In this document: positions 50,047 through 59,921 of the stretch, piece after piece | Position numbering within the stretch: the first letter of the stretch is position 1 | How the letters are laid out: the number at the start of each line of letters is the position of its first letter | Source: Nitrospinales bacterium | GTDB lineage: Bacteria > Nitrospinota > Nitrospinia > Nitrospinales > VA-1 | DNA length: 64,000 nucleotides | Assembly: GCA_965223345.1 (NCBI GenBank) | Contig: CBDCWG010000012.1 | Coordinates: 736,001 to 800,000 of the forward strand | Direction of reading: 5' to 3' | Program-made: the position numbers and the translations under genes | Notes under the pieces: model-generated | What the model was told of the DNA's origin: nothing | What the model saw: the letters and a program-made list of their open reading frames with translations, nothing else | Database searches by the model: none

Positions 50047-51435
50047 ATGACTATGAAAAAATTACATTTATGCTTGTTTTCGCTGTTGATTTTTTCCCTC
50101 TCCGGGCTGGCGGGCTGCACCGGCGGGTCGGTGCGCGACCAGTTTGAAAAACCCTACTTCGAATACCCTCCGGACCAGATTTCCAGCGCCGATAAGGATC
50201 TCTTCGAGCGCGCCCTTTTCCGGCAGAAAAACAACCGCATACAGGCGGCGATCAAGGTCTGGAATCAGTTTCTCAGCCGGCATCCCCGTTCCTTCGAGGC
50301 GCACAACAATCTGGGACTGGTGTATTACGAGGACGATCAGCTCGATCCCGCGATCGCGGAATTCGAGACCGCCCGCTCTTTAGAGCCCAGCGACGAGAAG
50401 ATCAAAAAGAACCTCATCCGCGCGTTGAAATTCAAGTCCACGCTGATCCGGGAAAGCAAAGACTACAACGGTGCGGTCAGCTACCTGCGGAGAGCCCAGG
50501 AACATTCCGGTCCGCGCGAGAAGGAAAGGATCGGATTTCTGATCGAGGAACTGGAAGACCGGGTGTACGAACAGGTCAAAAACACCAACACGCTGGAAGC
50601 CTATCAGGATTTTCTGGACAAGTATCCCGACAGTCCGAAAAACTCCGACGACGCCCGCCGCCGGATCGAGGGCCTGAAGCCGAAGGAAAACGCGGTGTCC
50701 CCGGTTGAAAGCCTGGAGAAGCGCAGCGAAGTGCAGGAGTTGATCCCCGCTTCGGTTCGCGGCGGCATCGAAGAAGAGCCCGTCCTCGAACAGGCCAGTG
50801 CGGTGCAAACGCTCCCGCCTGCAGAAGCCATGATGGAGCCGGAAGCGGCGATGGAACCGGACGCCATGCCGATCGACGCCATGACCTCTGAGGGATCGGA
50901 GTCTTTGAACGAGGTGGACGCCATGAGCCGCGATGCGCTGGCGGAATCGGAAGCCGCGTTCGGCAAAGCCGAGCCTGCGATGATGAAAGCCATGACGAAG
51001 GAAACTTCCGTCATGGAGGACACACAGGCGATGAACGCGCCCCTCAACGAGCAAGCCGGGAGCCTTCCGGCTGCCAGTGAGAGAGCCTTCCCCGAAAAAC
51101 CGGCCGAGGTGGCGCGCGGTCCCGAGCAGTACGTCGAGTTCGGAACGCAGCCTGTGCCCAAACCCTCGACCGGCACGCGCATTCTCAGCACCCCGCAATC
51201 CGATCCCCAGGAATTCGCGGAATTTGCAGTATCCGCGCAGCAGGTCCGGGTGATTACTCGCAACGATCCTTTGCGGGTCCGGGAAGCGCCTTTTTTGAAA
51301 TCCCGCGTCATCACCACGCTTGAGAAGGGAGCCCTGATCCCGCTGATCAAAGAGGTGGGAGGCTGGTACAAAGTCGAATTCACCCAGGGCAAAGCCGGCT
51401 GGATCTCGAAAAAATTCGCCGAAGTCGTGAAGTGA
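50047..51435 (+). CDS. Lipoprotein with TPRs, a low-complexity linker and a C-terminal SH3b domain
   Basis: Lipobox LAGC; AHNNLG TPR; LRVREAP...GWYKV....GWIS. Confidence 0.8.
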   Translation: MTMKKLHLCLFSLLIFSLSGLAGCTGGSVRDQFEKPYFEYPPDQISSADKDLFERALFRQKNNRIQAAIKVWNQFLSRHPRSFEAHNNLGLVYYEDDQLDPAIAEFETARSLEPSDEKIKKNLIRALKFKSTLIRESKDYNGAVSYLRRAQEHSGPREKERIGFLIEELEDRVYEQVKNTNTLEAYQDFLDKYPDSPKNSDDARRRIEGLKPKENAVSPVESLEKRSEVQELIPASVRGGIEEEPVLEQASAVQTLPPAEAMMEPEAAMEPDAMPIDAMTSEGSESLNEVDAMSRDALAESEAAFGKAEPAMMKAMTKETSVMEDTQAMNAPLNEQAGSLPAASERAFPEKPAEVARGPEQYVEFGTQPVPKPSTGTRILSTPQSDPQEFAEFAVSAQQVRVITRNDPLRVREAPFLKSRVITTLEKGALIPLIKEVGGWYKVEFTQGKAGWISKKFAEVVK

Positions 51436-51526
51436 CCGTTCCGCTCGGGACATACAGTCCCCACCCCGCAACGCTCTTTCCTGCGTAAAAAATCCGTTCG
51501 CACATTCTGCCGGCCAGACTTATGGC

Positions 51527-51555
51527 TTGAGTCGAGCCGGATCTGATACTATAAT
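51527..51555 (+). promoter_or_regulatory. Putative sigma-70 promoter
   Basis: TTGAGT-17 nt-TATAAT. Confidence 0.55.
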
Positions 51556-51618
51556 TTTGTTCAGTTCCGCGCCGACATTTTTCAACCCTGAAACTTTTCC
51601 AAGGAAAAACAAACGACC

Positions 51619-52590
51619 ATGACGGAAACCATTGTCAAAGATGAGTTGGATGAACTGATCGACAAAGAGTGGCACTATCTGGAATCGCAAAAGGGCGAAT
51701 GGAGCCTTCTGGAAGGCGAGCAGGACCTGGAAGTGACGGAGCATGTCCTGCGATGCATCCTGCATGTGGGCGACACGGAACAACGTGGGCAGGATTTCAA
51801 GGAATGCGTCAAGGTGCAGAACCCGGACGGGGGCTGGTCCAAGCGATCGCACACGGACAAGACTTCGATGTGGATCACCACCTTCGTGGCGTTGAAACTG
51901 TGCCGCGGCAACATGGTATTGCAGGATCCCGCCATCGCACAGGCGATCGACAGGGCGCTCCAGTACGTGTTGTCGGTGCAGGAAGAGGACGGCCACTGGA
52001 GCGATCCCGAGTGGTCGCATCTGGACACCACGTGTTCGGTCACCTGCTTTCTGACGATTTATCAGGTCACCCACGACAAACAGAACGATGAAAGGATCAA
52101 CGCGGCGCGCAAGCGCGGTTTTGAATTCATCAAAAACTGGCAACGGGACACCGGGCTCTGGAAGGACGACACGTTTCATCCTGCGGGCATCGAAACCACC
52201 GCCCACCTGATGCAGTACACGCTGGTTCCCGCTTACTTCATGGACGGAATCGATTACGCTGAAAAACTCTGCATGGACGCCGCGAAATCCCTCACCGACG
52301 AGCAGGCGGCGAACGGTTCCTGGGACAAGGAAAACATGGATCACACCATGGACGCCTGCCGCAACCTCATGCTGGTTTCGGACACGTTCAACCGGAAAGA
52401 GGAATTCGCTCCCATCATCGAAAAGGGCGTGCGCTGGCTGATCGATCAGAAAAACGATCAGGGATGGGGGGATTTCCCCGGCGAGCCCAGCAATGTGGAG
52501 CGGACGGCGGACGGTTTGGACACGCTTCTCAAGTACCGGCGCTTTTGTTCGGGTGAGCCCATGTCGCATTTCTGGGCTTACAGCAAATGA
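51619..52590 (+). CDS. Prenyltransferase/squalene-oxidase (QW) repeat protein, single alpha/alpha barrel
   Basis: QNPDGGW, QEEDGHW, QRDTGLW, QAANGSW and QKNDQGWG motifs. Confidence 0.75.
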   Translation: MTETIVKDELDELIDKEWHYLESQKGEWSLLEGEQDLEVTEHVLRCILHVGDTEQRGQDFKECVKVQNPDGGWSKRSHTDKTSMWITTFVALKLCRGNMVLQDPAIAQAIDRALQYVLSVQEEDGHWSDPEWSHLDTTCSVTCFLTIYQVTHDKQNDERINAARKRGFEFIKNWQRDTGLWKDDTFHPAGIETTAHLMQYTLVPAYFMDGIDYAEKLCMDAAKSLTDEQAANGSWDKENMDHTMDACRNLMLVSDTFNRKEEFAPIIEKGVRWLIDQKNDQGWGDFPGEPSNVERTADGLDTLLKYRRFCSGEPMSHFWAYSK

Positions 52591-52708
52591 CCTTGTGCCG
52601 CAGATTCCCCGTTTCCCATTGTGAAACCGGCTTGGCAGCCGGGGCTTTCTTCAGCTTCGCTTCACCTTTTTCTGCGGTGCGTTGCGGGTTTGCGGAACAA
52701 CCGAATTC

Positions 52709-53458
52709 ATGCAAGCGGTCATTCTACTAGCCGGGCACGGGTCCCGGCTGAACCGGCAGGATCTTCCCCACAAATCTTTACTTCCCTTCGGCGACGAAAC
52801 CCTGCTGCAACGCCACCTCGTTTCGCTCAAGCAGGCCGGAATCCAAAAAGTCCATCTGGTTCTTGGCCACAACGGCGACCGGGTACGGGAGCATGCGGAG
52901 AGTCTCGGGCTTGCGCTCGATCTCCACTGCATCGACAACCCGGTGTACCTGACGACGGGAAACACCCTTTCCATGGTGATGGGGCTCCGGTTTTGTCCGG
53001 GCGATGCGATCATTCTGGACGGGGACGTCCTGTATCCCAAAAATGTTTTTGTGGAATACGTTCATCAGTCCAAACCCACTTCGTTCGCTTTGATCGCGTC
53101 GGATATCGACAACGCCGAGTCGGCGAAGGTGCTTTTGAAACCCTCCGGCACGATCCACGCCTTCATCACCAAGCGCCACCTGACTGAAACCGAGCGCAAA
53201 GAGTATCGGTTTGGCGGCGAGGCGATCGGGTTTTTCAAATTGTCGCAGGTGGATGTGAAAAAGTTTCTCAAGCTGTACGCCGAGAATGAAGCCGCGTTCG
53301 AGAAGACCCTCTGGGAAATCCCGTTCACCGAATTTGCCAAACAGGTCGATCTGCACCCCTGGAATATCAAGGGGACGGGCTGCTTTGAGATCGACACGCA
53401 GGAAGACTACGACGAGGCTCTGGCGAGCTTCAAGGCGCGTCCCGGCATCTATGGGTGA
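52709..53458 (+). CDS. NTP transferase (LicC/phosphocholine cytidylyltransferase-like)
   Basis: AVILLAG.GSRL...PHKSLL, NPVY.TTGN..S, LDGDV and EIDTQED. Confidence 0.82.
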   Translation: MQAVILLAGHGSRLNRQDLPHKSLLPFGDETLLQRHLVSLKQAGIQKVHLVLGHNGDRVREHAESLGLALDLHCIDNPVYLTTGNTLSMVMGLRFCPGDAIILDGDVLYPKNVFVEYVHQSKPTSFALIASDIDNAESAKVLLKPSGTIHAFITKRHLTETERKEYRFGGEAIGFFKLSQVDVKKFLKLYAENEAAFEKTLWEIPFTEFAKQVDLHPWNIKGTGCFEIDTQEDYDEALASFKARPGIYG

Positions 53459-53483
53459 GGCTGAAGGCGTAGGTTAAAAATTT

Positions 53484-54485
53484 TCAAAACGCGTATTGCA
53501 GCGCCATGATCCAACGCAGATCGGATTCTTTGAATCCGGGAGTGGGGTCGCTCTCGTATTCCCAGATATTGGAAAACTTGAATTCCCAGCCGGCGCCGAT
53601 TGTGGTGATGAGGGCGGCCTCGTTCCGGAAATTGTACTGGCCGAAATCCTCGAAGCTGGGAAAGATCACGAACTGATCGCTGAACGAGAGGTTTTTCAGG
53701 ATCTGGTATTTGAAGTTGGAGGCGAACCGGCCGGTGGCGTACTGCTCGTCCGCACCGGAAACCCTGTCTTCATTGAAGTAGGAAACGCCGGCTTCCAGCG
53801 ACCAGAATTTGATGTCGTCTTCCCAGATCTGGTAACCGACGCCCGGGCCGACGATGGTTCTGAGGTTCAGATCCTTGAACGTGTCGTTCAGCATTTCCAG
53901 GCTTAAAAAAACGTACCATTTAGGGTTGAAGTAGTGGGAAAACTGCATGGACCCGTAGGTGTTGCGGGCGGTCACTTCATCGTCTTCCTCGGCGTAGTTG
54001 AACAGGATTTTAAATTCAAAACGATCGTGTTCTGTTCGCTTGTGCGCATCGGCGGCCAGCGAGCCTGAGAACCGTTCGGTGTTTCCCGTGTCCCACTGCG
54101 CTCCCGCACCCAGATGCCCCTTCCAGCGACTGCGGGGCGGGTTGATGGCCTTGATCTGAGGCCACTCCAGAAACGTCGCGTGTCTTCCCGGGCCGCTTTC
54201 CAATTTCAAGCTGTCGTTCTCGGAAGGCAGCAGCCGGCCTTTGAGGATTTCACCGGAATCGAGGTGGATGACATTGGGCTGGTCGGTGATGATTTTTTCG
54301 ATCTCTGAAATTTTGATTTTCAGTTTTTCAGAGTATTTCGTGGAAAACGTCAACACCCCGTCTTTCGCGCTGACCACCTTGCCGCGTATGCGATCGCCGT
54401 TTTTCAACAGCACCTTGTCCGCAAAGCATTCTCCGGCATAGGCAAACACGATCACCGCAGCAAACACCCAATATTTTAATTTCAT
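53484..54485 (-). CDS. DUF481 (YdiY-like) outer-membrane beta-barrel protein
   Basis: Signal peptide; D.V.LKNGDRI.G domain; GNT, GPGVGYQ and EAGVSY; C-terminal YAF; GGGAGG RBS. Confidence 0.82.
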   Translation of the reverse strand: MKLKYWVFAAVIVFAYAGECFADKVLLKNGDRIRGKVVSAKDGVLTFSTKYSEKLKIKISEIEKIITDQPNVIHLDSGEILKGRLLPSENDSLKLESGPGRHATFLEWPQIKAINPPRSRWKGHLGAGAQWDTGNTERFSGSLAADAHKRTEHDRFEFKILFNYAEEDDEVTARNTYGSMQFSHYFNPKWYVFLSLEMLNDTFKDLNLRTIVGPGVGYQIWEDDIKFWSLEAGVSYFNEDRVSGADEQYATGRFASNFKYQILKNLSFSDQFVIFPSFEDFGQYNFRNEAALITTIGAGWEFKFSNIWEYESDPTPGFKESDLRWIMALQYAF

Positions 54486-54617
54486 CGATACCTCCCAGAT
54501 GGTTTGATGCCAAAGAAGCAAGGATTTGGATTGCTCAGTCTGGTAAAATCTTTGAACCGGCTGAGGGCAAAGTCCTCATTGTGTGACGCTGTTGAAAACA
54601 GCACGCGCCGTTTTAAA

Positions 54618-54633
54618 AGCAAGTCCTATGCCG
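54618..54633 (-). promoter_or_regulatory. Putative sigma-54 (-24/-12) promoter for the DUF481 gene
   Basis: Minus strand CGGCATAGGACTTGCT = GG-N10-GC, with GGCA and TTGC consensus flanks. Confidence 0.5.
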
Positions 54634-54909
54634 GGCGTCCGAAAAAAATCGGATAAGAGTTTAATTTGATTGTTTTTAGGGTGAATTGAGAAAAATAAAA
54701 AGAAAATTGCTGTCTATGTGGAAGAAAAAAAACGACCGGAGTCATACTTTTTCAGGTGTCACCATATTGACGATGAGATTGTTGTTCCCATTTTATTTTT
54801 TTTTGCAAAAATTGAAAGTGAAATACTTCACACACATTCATTTTTTCTTTCGTGAGTTGGAAACATCAGCACATTACAACGCTCATTCGTTGAAGTCAGG
54901 AAAATCGTT

Positions 54910-55602
54910 TTGTTGAAATCGTACAAAGCCGTTTTTTTCGATGTCGGCGGCACCCTGTTGAAAGTCCATCCGTCCGTGGGCGAGGTGTACACGCGTCACG
55001 CACGTCCCTACGGATTTTCACAACCGGCGGAAGCGGTGGACCGTGAGTTCCGCAAGCAATGGCGGCAGATGGGCGGGATCGCGTCTTTAGGCAGGCAAAG
55101 CGGCGTCGCGGCCGAAAAAAAATTCTGGCGCGAACTGGTGCTGCGCGTGTTCGACCGGTTCGGCGGGCTCGACGATTTCGAAAACTACTTTGAACATATC
55201 TACGAAGTGTTCAAAGGCAAGGACAGTTGGCGGATTTTTGACGACGTGGTGGAATCGGAAATCTTTCTCAAACTGAAACAGCGGGGTGTCGTTTTGGGAG
55301 TCATTTCAAACTGGGACTCGCGCCTGTCTCACACGCTGACGGCGATCGGGTTGGCAAAGCATTTCGATTTTGTTCTGGTTTCGGCGGAGGTCGGCGCCGC
55401 GAAACCGGACCGGAAAATTTTTGATGAAGCGTTGCGGCTGAGCGGCGTGCGGCCGGAGCAAGCCTGCCATGTGGGTGACGAGCCGGAGACGGATATTCTG
55501 GGCGCGCGCAATGTCGGCATCGATGCGATCCTGGTGGACCGCAAGGGGCGCTACGGCAATGACGTCAAGCCGAAGGTGCGCTCGTTTCTGGAGCTGGTGT
55601 GA
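54910..55602 (+). CDS. HAD-IA family hydrolase
   Basis: FFDVGGTL, VISNWD, KPD..IF and HVGD...D. Confidence 0.9.
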   Translation: MLKSYKAVFFDVGGTLLKVHPSVGEVYTRHARPYGFSQPAEAVDREFRKQWRQMGGIASLGRQSGVAAEKKFWRELVLRVFDRFGGLDDFENYFEHIYEVFKGKDSWRIFDDVVESEIFLKLKQRGVVLGVISNWDSRLSHTLTAIGLAKHFDFVLVSAEVGAAKPDRKIFDEALRLSGVRPEQACHVGDEPETDILGARNVGIDAILVDRKGRYGNDVKPKVRSFLELV

Positions 55603-55612
55603 AGACGCCGTG

Positions 55613-56122
55613 TCAGTTGGGGATGCCTTTGGCGCCGGTGAGGGTGGCCTTGACGAAGGAGGTCCCCTCGACCTTGGCGTGGGTCAGATCGGCGTTGGTC
55701 AGATTGGCTTTGAACAGGGAGACGGCGTGGAGGTTCGCGCCCCGCAGATTGGCCTGAGACAGGTCGGCGAACGAAAGGCTGGCCTTGCTGAGGTTCGCAT
55801 CGGTGAGCGTCGCGGATTTCAGGTCGGACCGGCTCAGGGTGGCGTTGCTGAGGTCGGCCCTGGAGAAGTTGGCTTTATCCAGCTTGGCTTCGGAAAGATC
55901 GGCGTCCGTCAGGTTGGCGCCGGTGAAATTGGACTGCGACAGAAACGCCTTGGTGAATTTGGTTTTTTTCAGCAGGGTTTTGCTGAAATTGGTCTTCACA
56001 AGCGTGATCTCCTGAAAATTCAACCCGGAAAGGTCCAGCCCCGATAAATCGGCGCCCGCCAGATGGGGTTTCGTCCCGTCTTTCAGCAGTTCCTTGATTT
56101 TGGCGACCGTGATGTTGGCCAT
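55613..56122 (-). CDS. Pentapeptide repeat protein
   Basis: Tandem A(D/N)L(S/T)x repeats over about 145 aa. Confidence 0.92.
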   Translation of the reverse strand: MANITVAKIKELLKDGTKPHLAGADLSGLDLSGLNFQEITLVKTNFSKTLLKKTKFTKAFLSQSNFTGANLTDADLSEAKLDKANFSRADLSNATLSRSDLKSATLTDANLSKASLSFADLSQANLRGANLHAVSLFKANLTNADLTHAKVEGTSFVKATLTGAKGIPN

Positions 56123-56191
56123 GATTTCCCACCTTCGTTTGTGAATTCTCCCGCGACTATAAACTCGAATCGATTTTTTAACAATCCATAA

Positions 56192-57703
56192 TTACGGCTG
56201 TTCGGTCTGAGATTTTTTCAGTTGCCTGTTTTTCCACAACTCGTGGGTTAAAAGCAGGTAAAAGGGCAGGTATTCCAACCAGGGGATCCAGGCGGACAGG
56301 TGCTGGGTTTCCTGGTAGTCGAAATAAAAATCCAGATAATACAGCCCGATCAAGCCGGTGAGCAGAATCCAGGACGGTCTGGGAAACAGGCAGAAAAAGG
56401 GCAGCACCCACAACAGGTACCAGGGGTTCTGCACCGGGCTCAGCAGAAACACCAGAGCCATGAGGACGAAGCATTTTAAGAGCAGGTTCTCTGTCTGAGG
56501 CGCCGGCTTTTTGATCAGAAAGTAGAGCAGGGTGCCGAGAAGAATCCCGACTACGGTCAACTTGCTCAAAAACACACCCAGGTTGGTGCCGATGAACGAT
56601 GTGGTGGGGGCGTCGAAGCCCAGCAGGTCCTTGTAAACATAGAGCAGGATGGCAAACAGGCTGTCGTTGCTCTGCCAGAAGGTGGAAAAGGTCTTCAGGC
56701 CCTCGAAGGTGCCCCATCCGGTTGCGATGAAGGGCAGGTAAAAGGCTGCGGTCACGGCGCCGAACAAAGCCGTGCAGCCCGCAACCGCGCCCCAGCCCGA
56801 CTGCTGCTCCTGCCGGGATTCGAGGTAGATCTGTTGCAGGTAAATGGGAAGCAGGATCGCTGAATAGAGTTTCGAGAGAAAGCTGAGCGCGAGAAAAAAC
56901 ACGGCGGGGTAGTGCCGCCGGGTCAGAATGAAATAGATGGAGACGCACAACAGCGCCACGCCGATGATATCCAGATGCGTGGAGTTGAAGGTTTCCTTGA
57001 TCAGCAGCGGGGACCAGTAATAGATCAGGCAGAGGTTTTTGGAGCGGCCCAGTCTTTTCAATATTAGCACGATGAATGCCAGTGCCAGGCCGTCCCAGGC
57101 CAGAAAGACGCCGCGCAGGGCGAGGATGCTGTCGGGCTGGATGAAGTGCGCCAGGCGGAAGACGTACTGCGCCATCGGCGGGTAGATGGTGAGCACGTGG
57201 GGGTGGTTCACCCGCTCCAGTGTGGTCAGAGAGTCCTGGCTTTTCCATTTGAGCTGGTTCAGCAGGTCGAGGTCGGCCCTTTGCCGCTCATCGTAGGTTT
57301 CCAGGAAACCCTTCGGGTCCTGAATCTTGAAATTCAAATACTCGTTGGCTTCCTGCGGGGCGTATTCGTAAGGGTTGACGCCGTGGGCGAACACCTTTCC
57401 GTCCCACAGGTAGCGGTACACGTCGTCTTCCTGGATCTGATTGGCGGGGAAGATCGCGGCCCGAAACAGCAGCCCGAACGCGATACAGATCCAGAAAGAG
57501 GGGCGATCCTCCTTTGCGCGCAGAACGATGCAGCAGGCGACCGCGTACAGGGCGAACAGAGCGAAATAGAGGGCCAGATAAGTGAGGATGGGACGATCGG
57601 CGTAGCCTTCTCCCCAGTTGAATTGACGCGAGAGGGCTGTCATGCCCCCGTAGAGAAGGCAGCTGGTGATTCCAAGCGAGGCCAGAATGAGACGTGTCCG
57701 CAT
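56192..57703 (-). CDS. GT87/DUF2029-like membrane glycosyltransferase
   Basis: DDVYRYLWDG, G.NPY, TIYPP, W.PL..E...H.D and V.PWY motifs; many TM helices. Confidence 0.8.
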   Translation of the reverse strand: MRTRLILASLGITSCLLYGGMTALSRQFNWGEGYADRPILTYLALYFALFALYAVACCIVLRAKEDRPSFWICIAFGLLFRAAIFPANQIQEDDVYRYLWDGKVFAHGVNPYEYAPQEANEYLNFKIQDPKGFLETYDERQRADLDLLNQLKWKSQDSLTTLERVNHPHVLTIYPPMAQYVFRLAHFIQPDSILALRGVFLAWDGLALAFIVLILKRLGRSKNLCLIYYWSPLLIKETFNSTHLDIIGVALLCVSIYFILTRRHYPAVFFLALSFLSKLYSAILLPIYLQQIYLESRQEQQSGWGAVAGCTALFGAVTAAFYLPFIATGWGTFEGLKTFSTFWQSNDSLFAILLYVYKDLLGFDAPTTSFIGTNLGVFLSKLTVVGILLGTLLYFLIKKPAPQTENLLLKCFVLMALVFLLSPVQNPWYLLWVLPFFCLFPRPSWILLTGLIGLYYLDFYFDYQETQHLSAWIPWLEYLPFYLLLTHELWKNRQLKKSQTEQP

Positions 57704-57822
57704 GAGGCGGTGGCAAAAAGGGTGCGCCGGTTGGCGGGTCGAACGGGTTTAAAAAACAGAGGGGAAATTATAAAGCAAATGCGGGAGCAATACCAGCCGG
57801 GGGCGGCTTGAGAGCGGGCGGG

Positions 57823-58782
57823 TCAGGAGTTTTGCGCCACCGAGTCGCGGGATGGCTCGGAATCGTCGCTGTCCTCGGGAGTGTCTTCCTCTTGTTGGGA
57901 CGCTTCGGCTTCCTCGATCTTCCTGTTGGCGATTTCGGTCATCAGCTCGAACACTTCGACCAGGCTGCGGTGGACTTCGGGGTTGTCTTCCTTGATCGAC
58001 AAAGCGGTCCAGTAGCTCTGCACCGCTTCCTGATAGAGTTTCTCCCGTTTGTAAAGATTTCCCAGCCGGACGAGAATGTCGTCCCGCCCCGGCTGCAGCA
58101 GGCTGACCCGTTCCAGGATATTGATCGCTTCGAAGATCTGGTTGGTGTTTGCGTATTGCGTCGCCAGCTCTTCCATATACTGCGGGACGTTCGGTTCCAG
58201 TTCGACGGCCTCTTTCAATTTTTCGATGCAGGTGGAAGTCCTGCCCTGCTTGCAGAACACCCTGCCGAGCCGGTAATGGGTGATGGCGTGGTTTTTATCC
58301 AGCGAAAGCGCCTGGCGGTATATGGTTTCGGCTTCGGCGAATTTCTTTTTGCGTTCCAGGTATTCACCCAGCGCGCTCAACGGGTCAGGGCTGTCGCGGT
58401 CGTTTTCAGCGGCGATTTTCAGTTCCTGGTAGGCTTTCTTCGGGTCCCCCAGTGCGTAGTGCACGGCGGCGAGGTTGATGCGGCTGTTGGTGTCCTCGGT
58501 TTTTTCCAGGATCTCATTGTAGAGCTCCATGGACTGACGCAGTTTTCCCAGGTCCTGATACACCACGGCGAGATTGTATTTGGCGAACAGGTCGTCCGGG
58601 TTTTTGCGGATGGCGAGCTTGTAAGCCTTGATCGCCTCCGTGTATTTCCCCTTGTCGTACAGCTCGACCCCGCGATTGTAGTGGCTTTCCACGGGCAGAG
58701 GCTGTTCCGCACATCCGCTCAGCGCGAGGACGCCAGCGAGAAAAAAAGACAACCGAAAACGATGGAAGCGTTGATTCGACAT
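57823..58782 (-). CDS. TPR lipoprotein
   Basis: Lipobox LSGC followed by consecutive TPRs; 5 nt downstream of the MlaD-family gene. Confidence 0.85.
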   Translation of the reverse strand: MSNQRFHRFRLSFFLAGVLALSGCAEQPLPVESHYNRGVELYDKGKYTEAIKAYKLAIRKNPDDLFAKYNLAVVYQDLGKLRQSMELYNEILEKTEDTNSRINLAAVHYALGDPKKAYQELKIAAENDRDSPDPLSALGEYLERKKKFAEAETIYRQALSLDKNHAITHYRLGRVFCKQGRTSTCIEKLKEAVELEPNVPQYMEELATQYANTNQIFEAINILERVSLLQPGRDDILVRLGNLYKREKLYQEAVQSYWTALSIKEDNPEVHRSLVEVFELMTEIANRKIEEAEASQQEEDTPEDSDDSEPSRDSVAQNS

Positions 58783-58787
58783 AGAAA

Positions 58788-59918
58788 TTACTTGCTAGAA
58801 ATTTTATCCAGGCGCTGCATGCGAAAATCCCCCGGTGCGTACACCGGTACCGGTTCCCCGCGATACAGCGTTTTATTTTGAGGCGGTTCCCCGGCGAGCC
58901 TGTAGTTGCTCTGACTCAGATCTTCCGTGAGGGACTTTAAATTCTGTGACGATTCGTTGAGGTTTTTGATCAGCTCCAGAAGGTTTCTGCGGTTTTCGAT
59001 CCTTCCTTCTTTGTTGCTCTGGAGCGCCTGATCGAGGCTGGTTGCGGTGAAGCGAATGTTTTCGATGACTTTATCGACATCCGTGTTCAAAACGGTGACC
59101 AACTGCGCCAGGTCTTCCTGGTTCTCTTTCAGCAGCACATCCAGTTTCCAGGTCAGGGTTCCGGCGCGTTTGATGAGGTCGTCCAGCCGTTTTTCTTTCG
59201 CCTCCAGCAGGTTGTCGGCTTTCGAAGCGACGGAAGCGATGCTCTCGACCGTGTCTCCCAGGTTGTTGCCGCTGCTCTGGAAGATCACCCCCAACTGGCT
59301 GGACACATCGAGGAGGTTTTTCATGCTGGCCTGCGTTTCCTGCCGGTTCTGGGCCAGGATCGCCTCGACATTGCTGAGGGAAGCCTGAAACGTTTTCAGC
59401 GTTTCCTTGGAGTCGTTCGTCAATCCCTCGGCGAGCACCGTCAGCCGCTTCATCTGCAGGACCATGTCCTCCATCATCGCTCCGGCTTCGGCTTGCTCGA
59501 CGGGTTCGATTCCCAGCAACTGTTCGTCTTCGCCGAGCACCTTGGCGTCGGGGCTTCCGGGAAAGATTTCCAGAAACGGTTTGCCGCCGGGCAGGGATGA
59601 ATTTTTGACCGCGGCCACCGAATCCTTCTTGAGCGGGACGGACGCCTTGATCCTGGCGAGAACGCGCACCTGCTTTCCGTTCGGATCGTTTCCGGGATCC
59701 AGCCGATGGATCTCCGCCACTTTGCCGACTTTGCGGCCGGCGATCCGGATGGGCGCGCCCGAATCGAGATCGCCTGTGGAATCAAACACGATGTGGACCT
59801 TTTTCTGCTGCTCCAGGCCGTTTTCCAGGCCGCCGAGAAAAAACACCAGCGCCACGAGCACCACCACGCTCAAAAAGATAAACATACCCGCTTTGTATTC
59901 CGAAGAACGGTATTCCAT
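58788..59918 (-). CDS. MCE/MlaD family protein with a long helical tail
   Basis: TM helix; F....L..GAPIRIAG.KVGKV; LEI.PG; coiled-coil C-terminus. Confidence 0.88.
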   Translation of the reverse strand: MEYRSSEYKAGMFIFLSVVVLVALVFFLGGLENGLEQQKKVHIVFDSTGDLDSGAPIRIAGRKVGKVAEIHRLDPGNDPNGKQVRVLARIKASVPLKKDSVAAVKNSSLPGGKPFLEIFPGSPDAKVLGEDEQLLGIEPVEQAEAGAMMEDMVLQMKRLTVLAEGLTNDSKETLKTFQASLSNVEAILAQNRQETQASMKNLLDVSSQLGVIFQSSGNNLGDTVESIASVASKADNLLEAKEKRLDDLIKRAGTLTWKLDVLLKENQEDLAQLVTVLNTDVDKVIENIRFTATSLDQALQSNKEGRIENRRNLLELIKNLNESSQNLKSLTEDLSQSNYRLAGEPPQNKTLYRGEPVPVYAPGDFRMQRLDKISSK

Positions 59919-59921
59919 AGT

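Noticed and set aside
51619..52590. Squalene-hopene cyclase (shc)
   Set aside because: About half the expected length and no DxDD motif.
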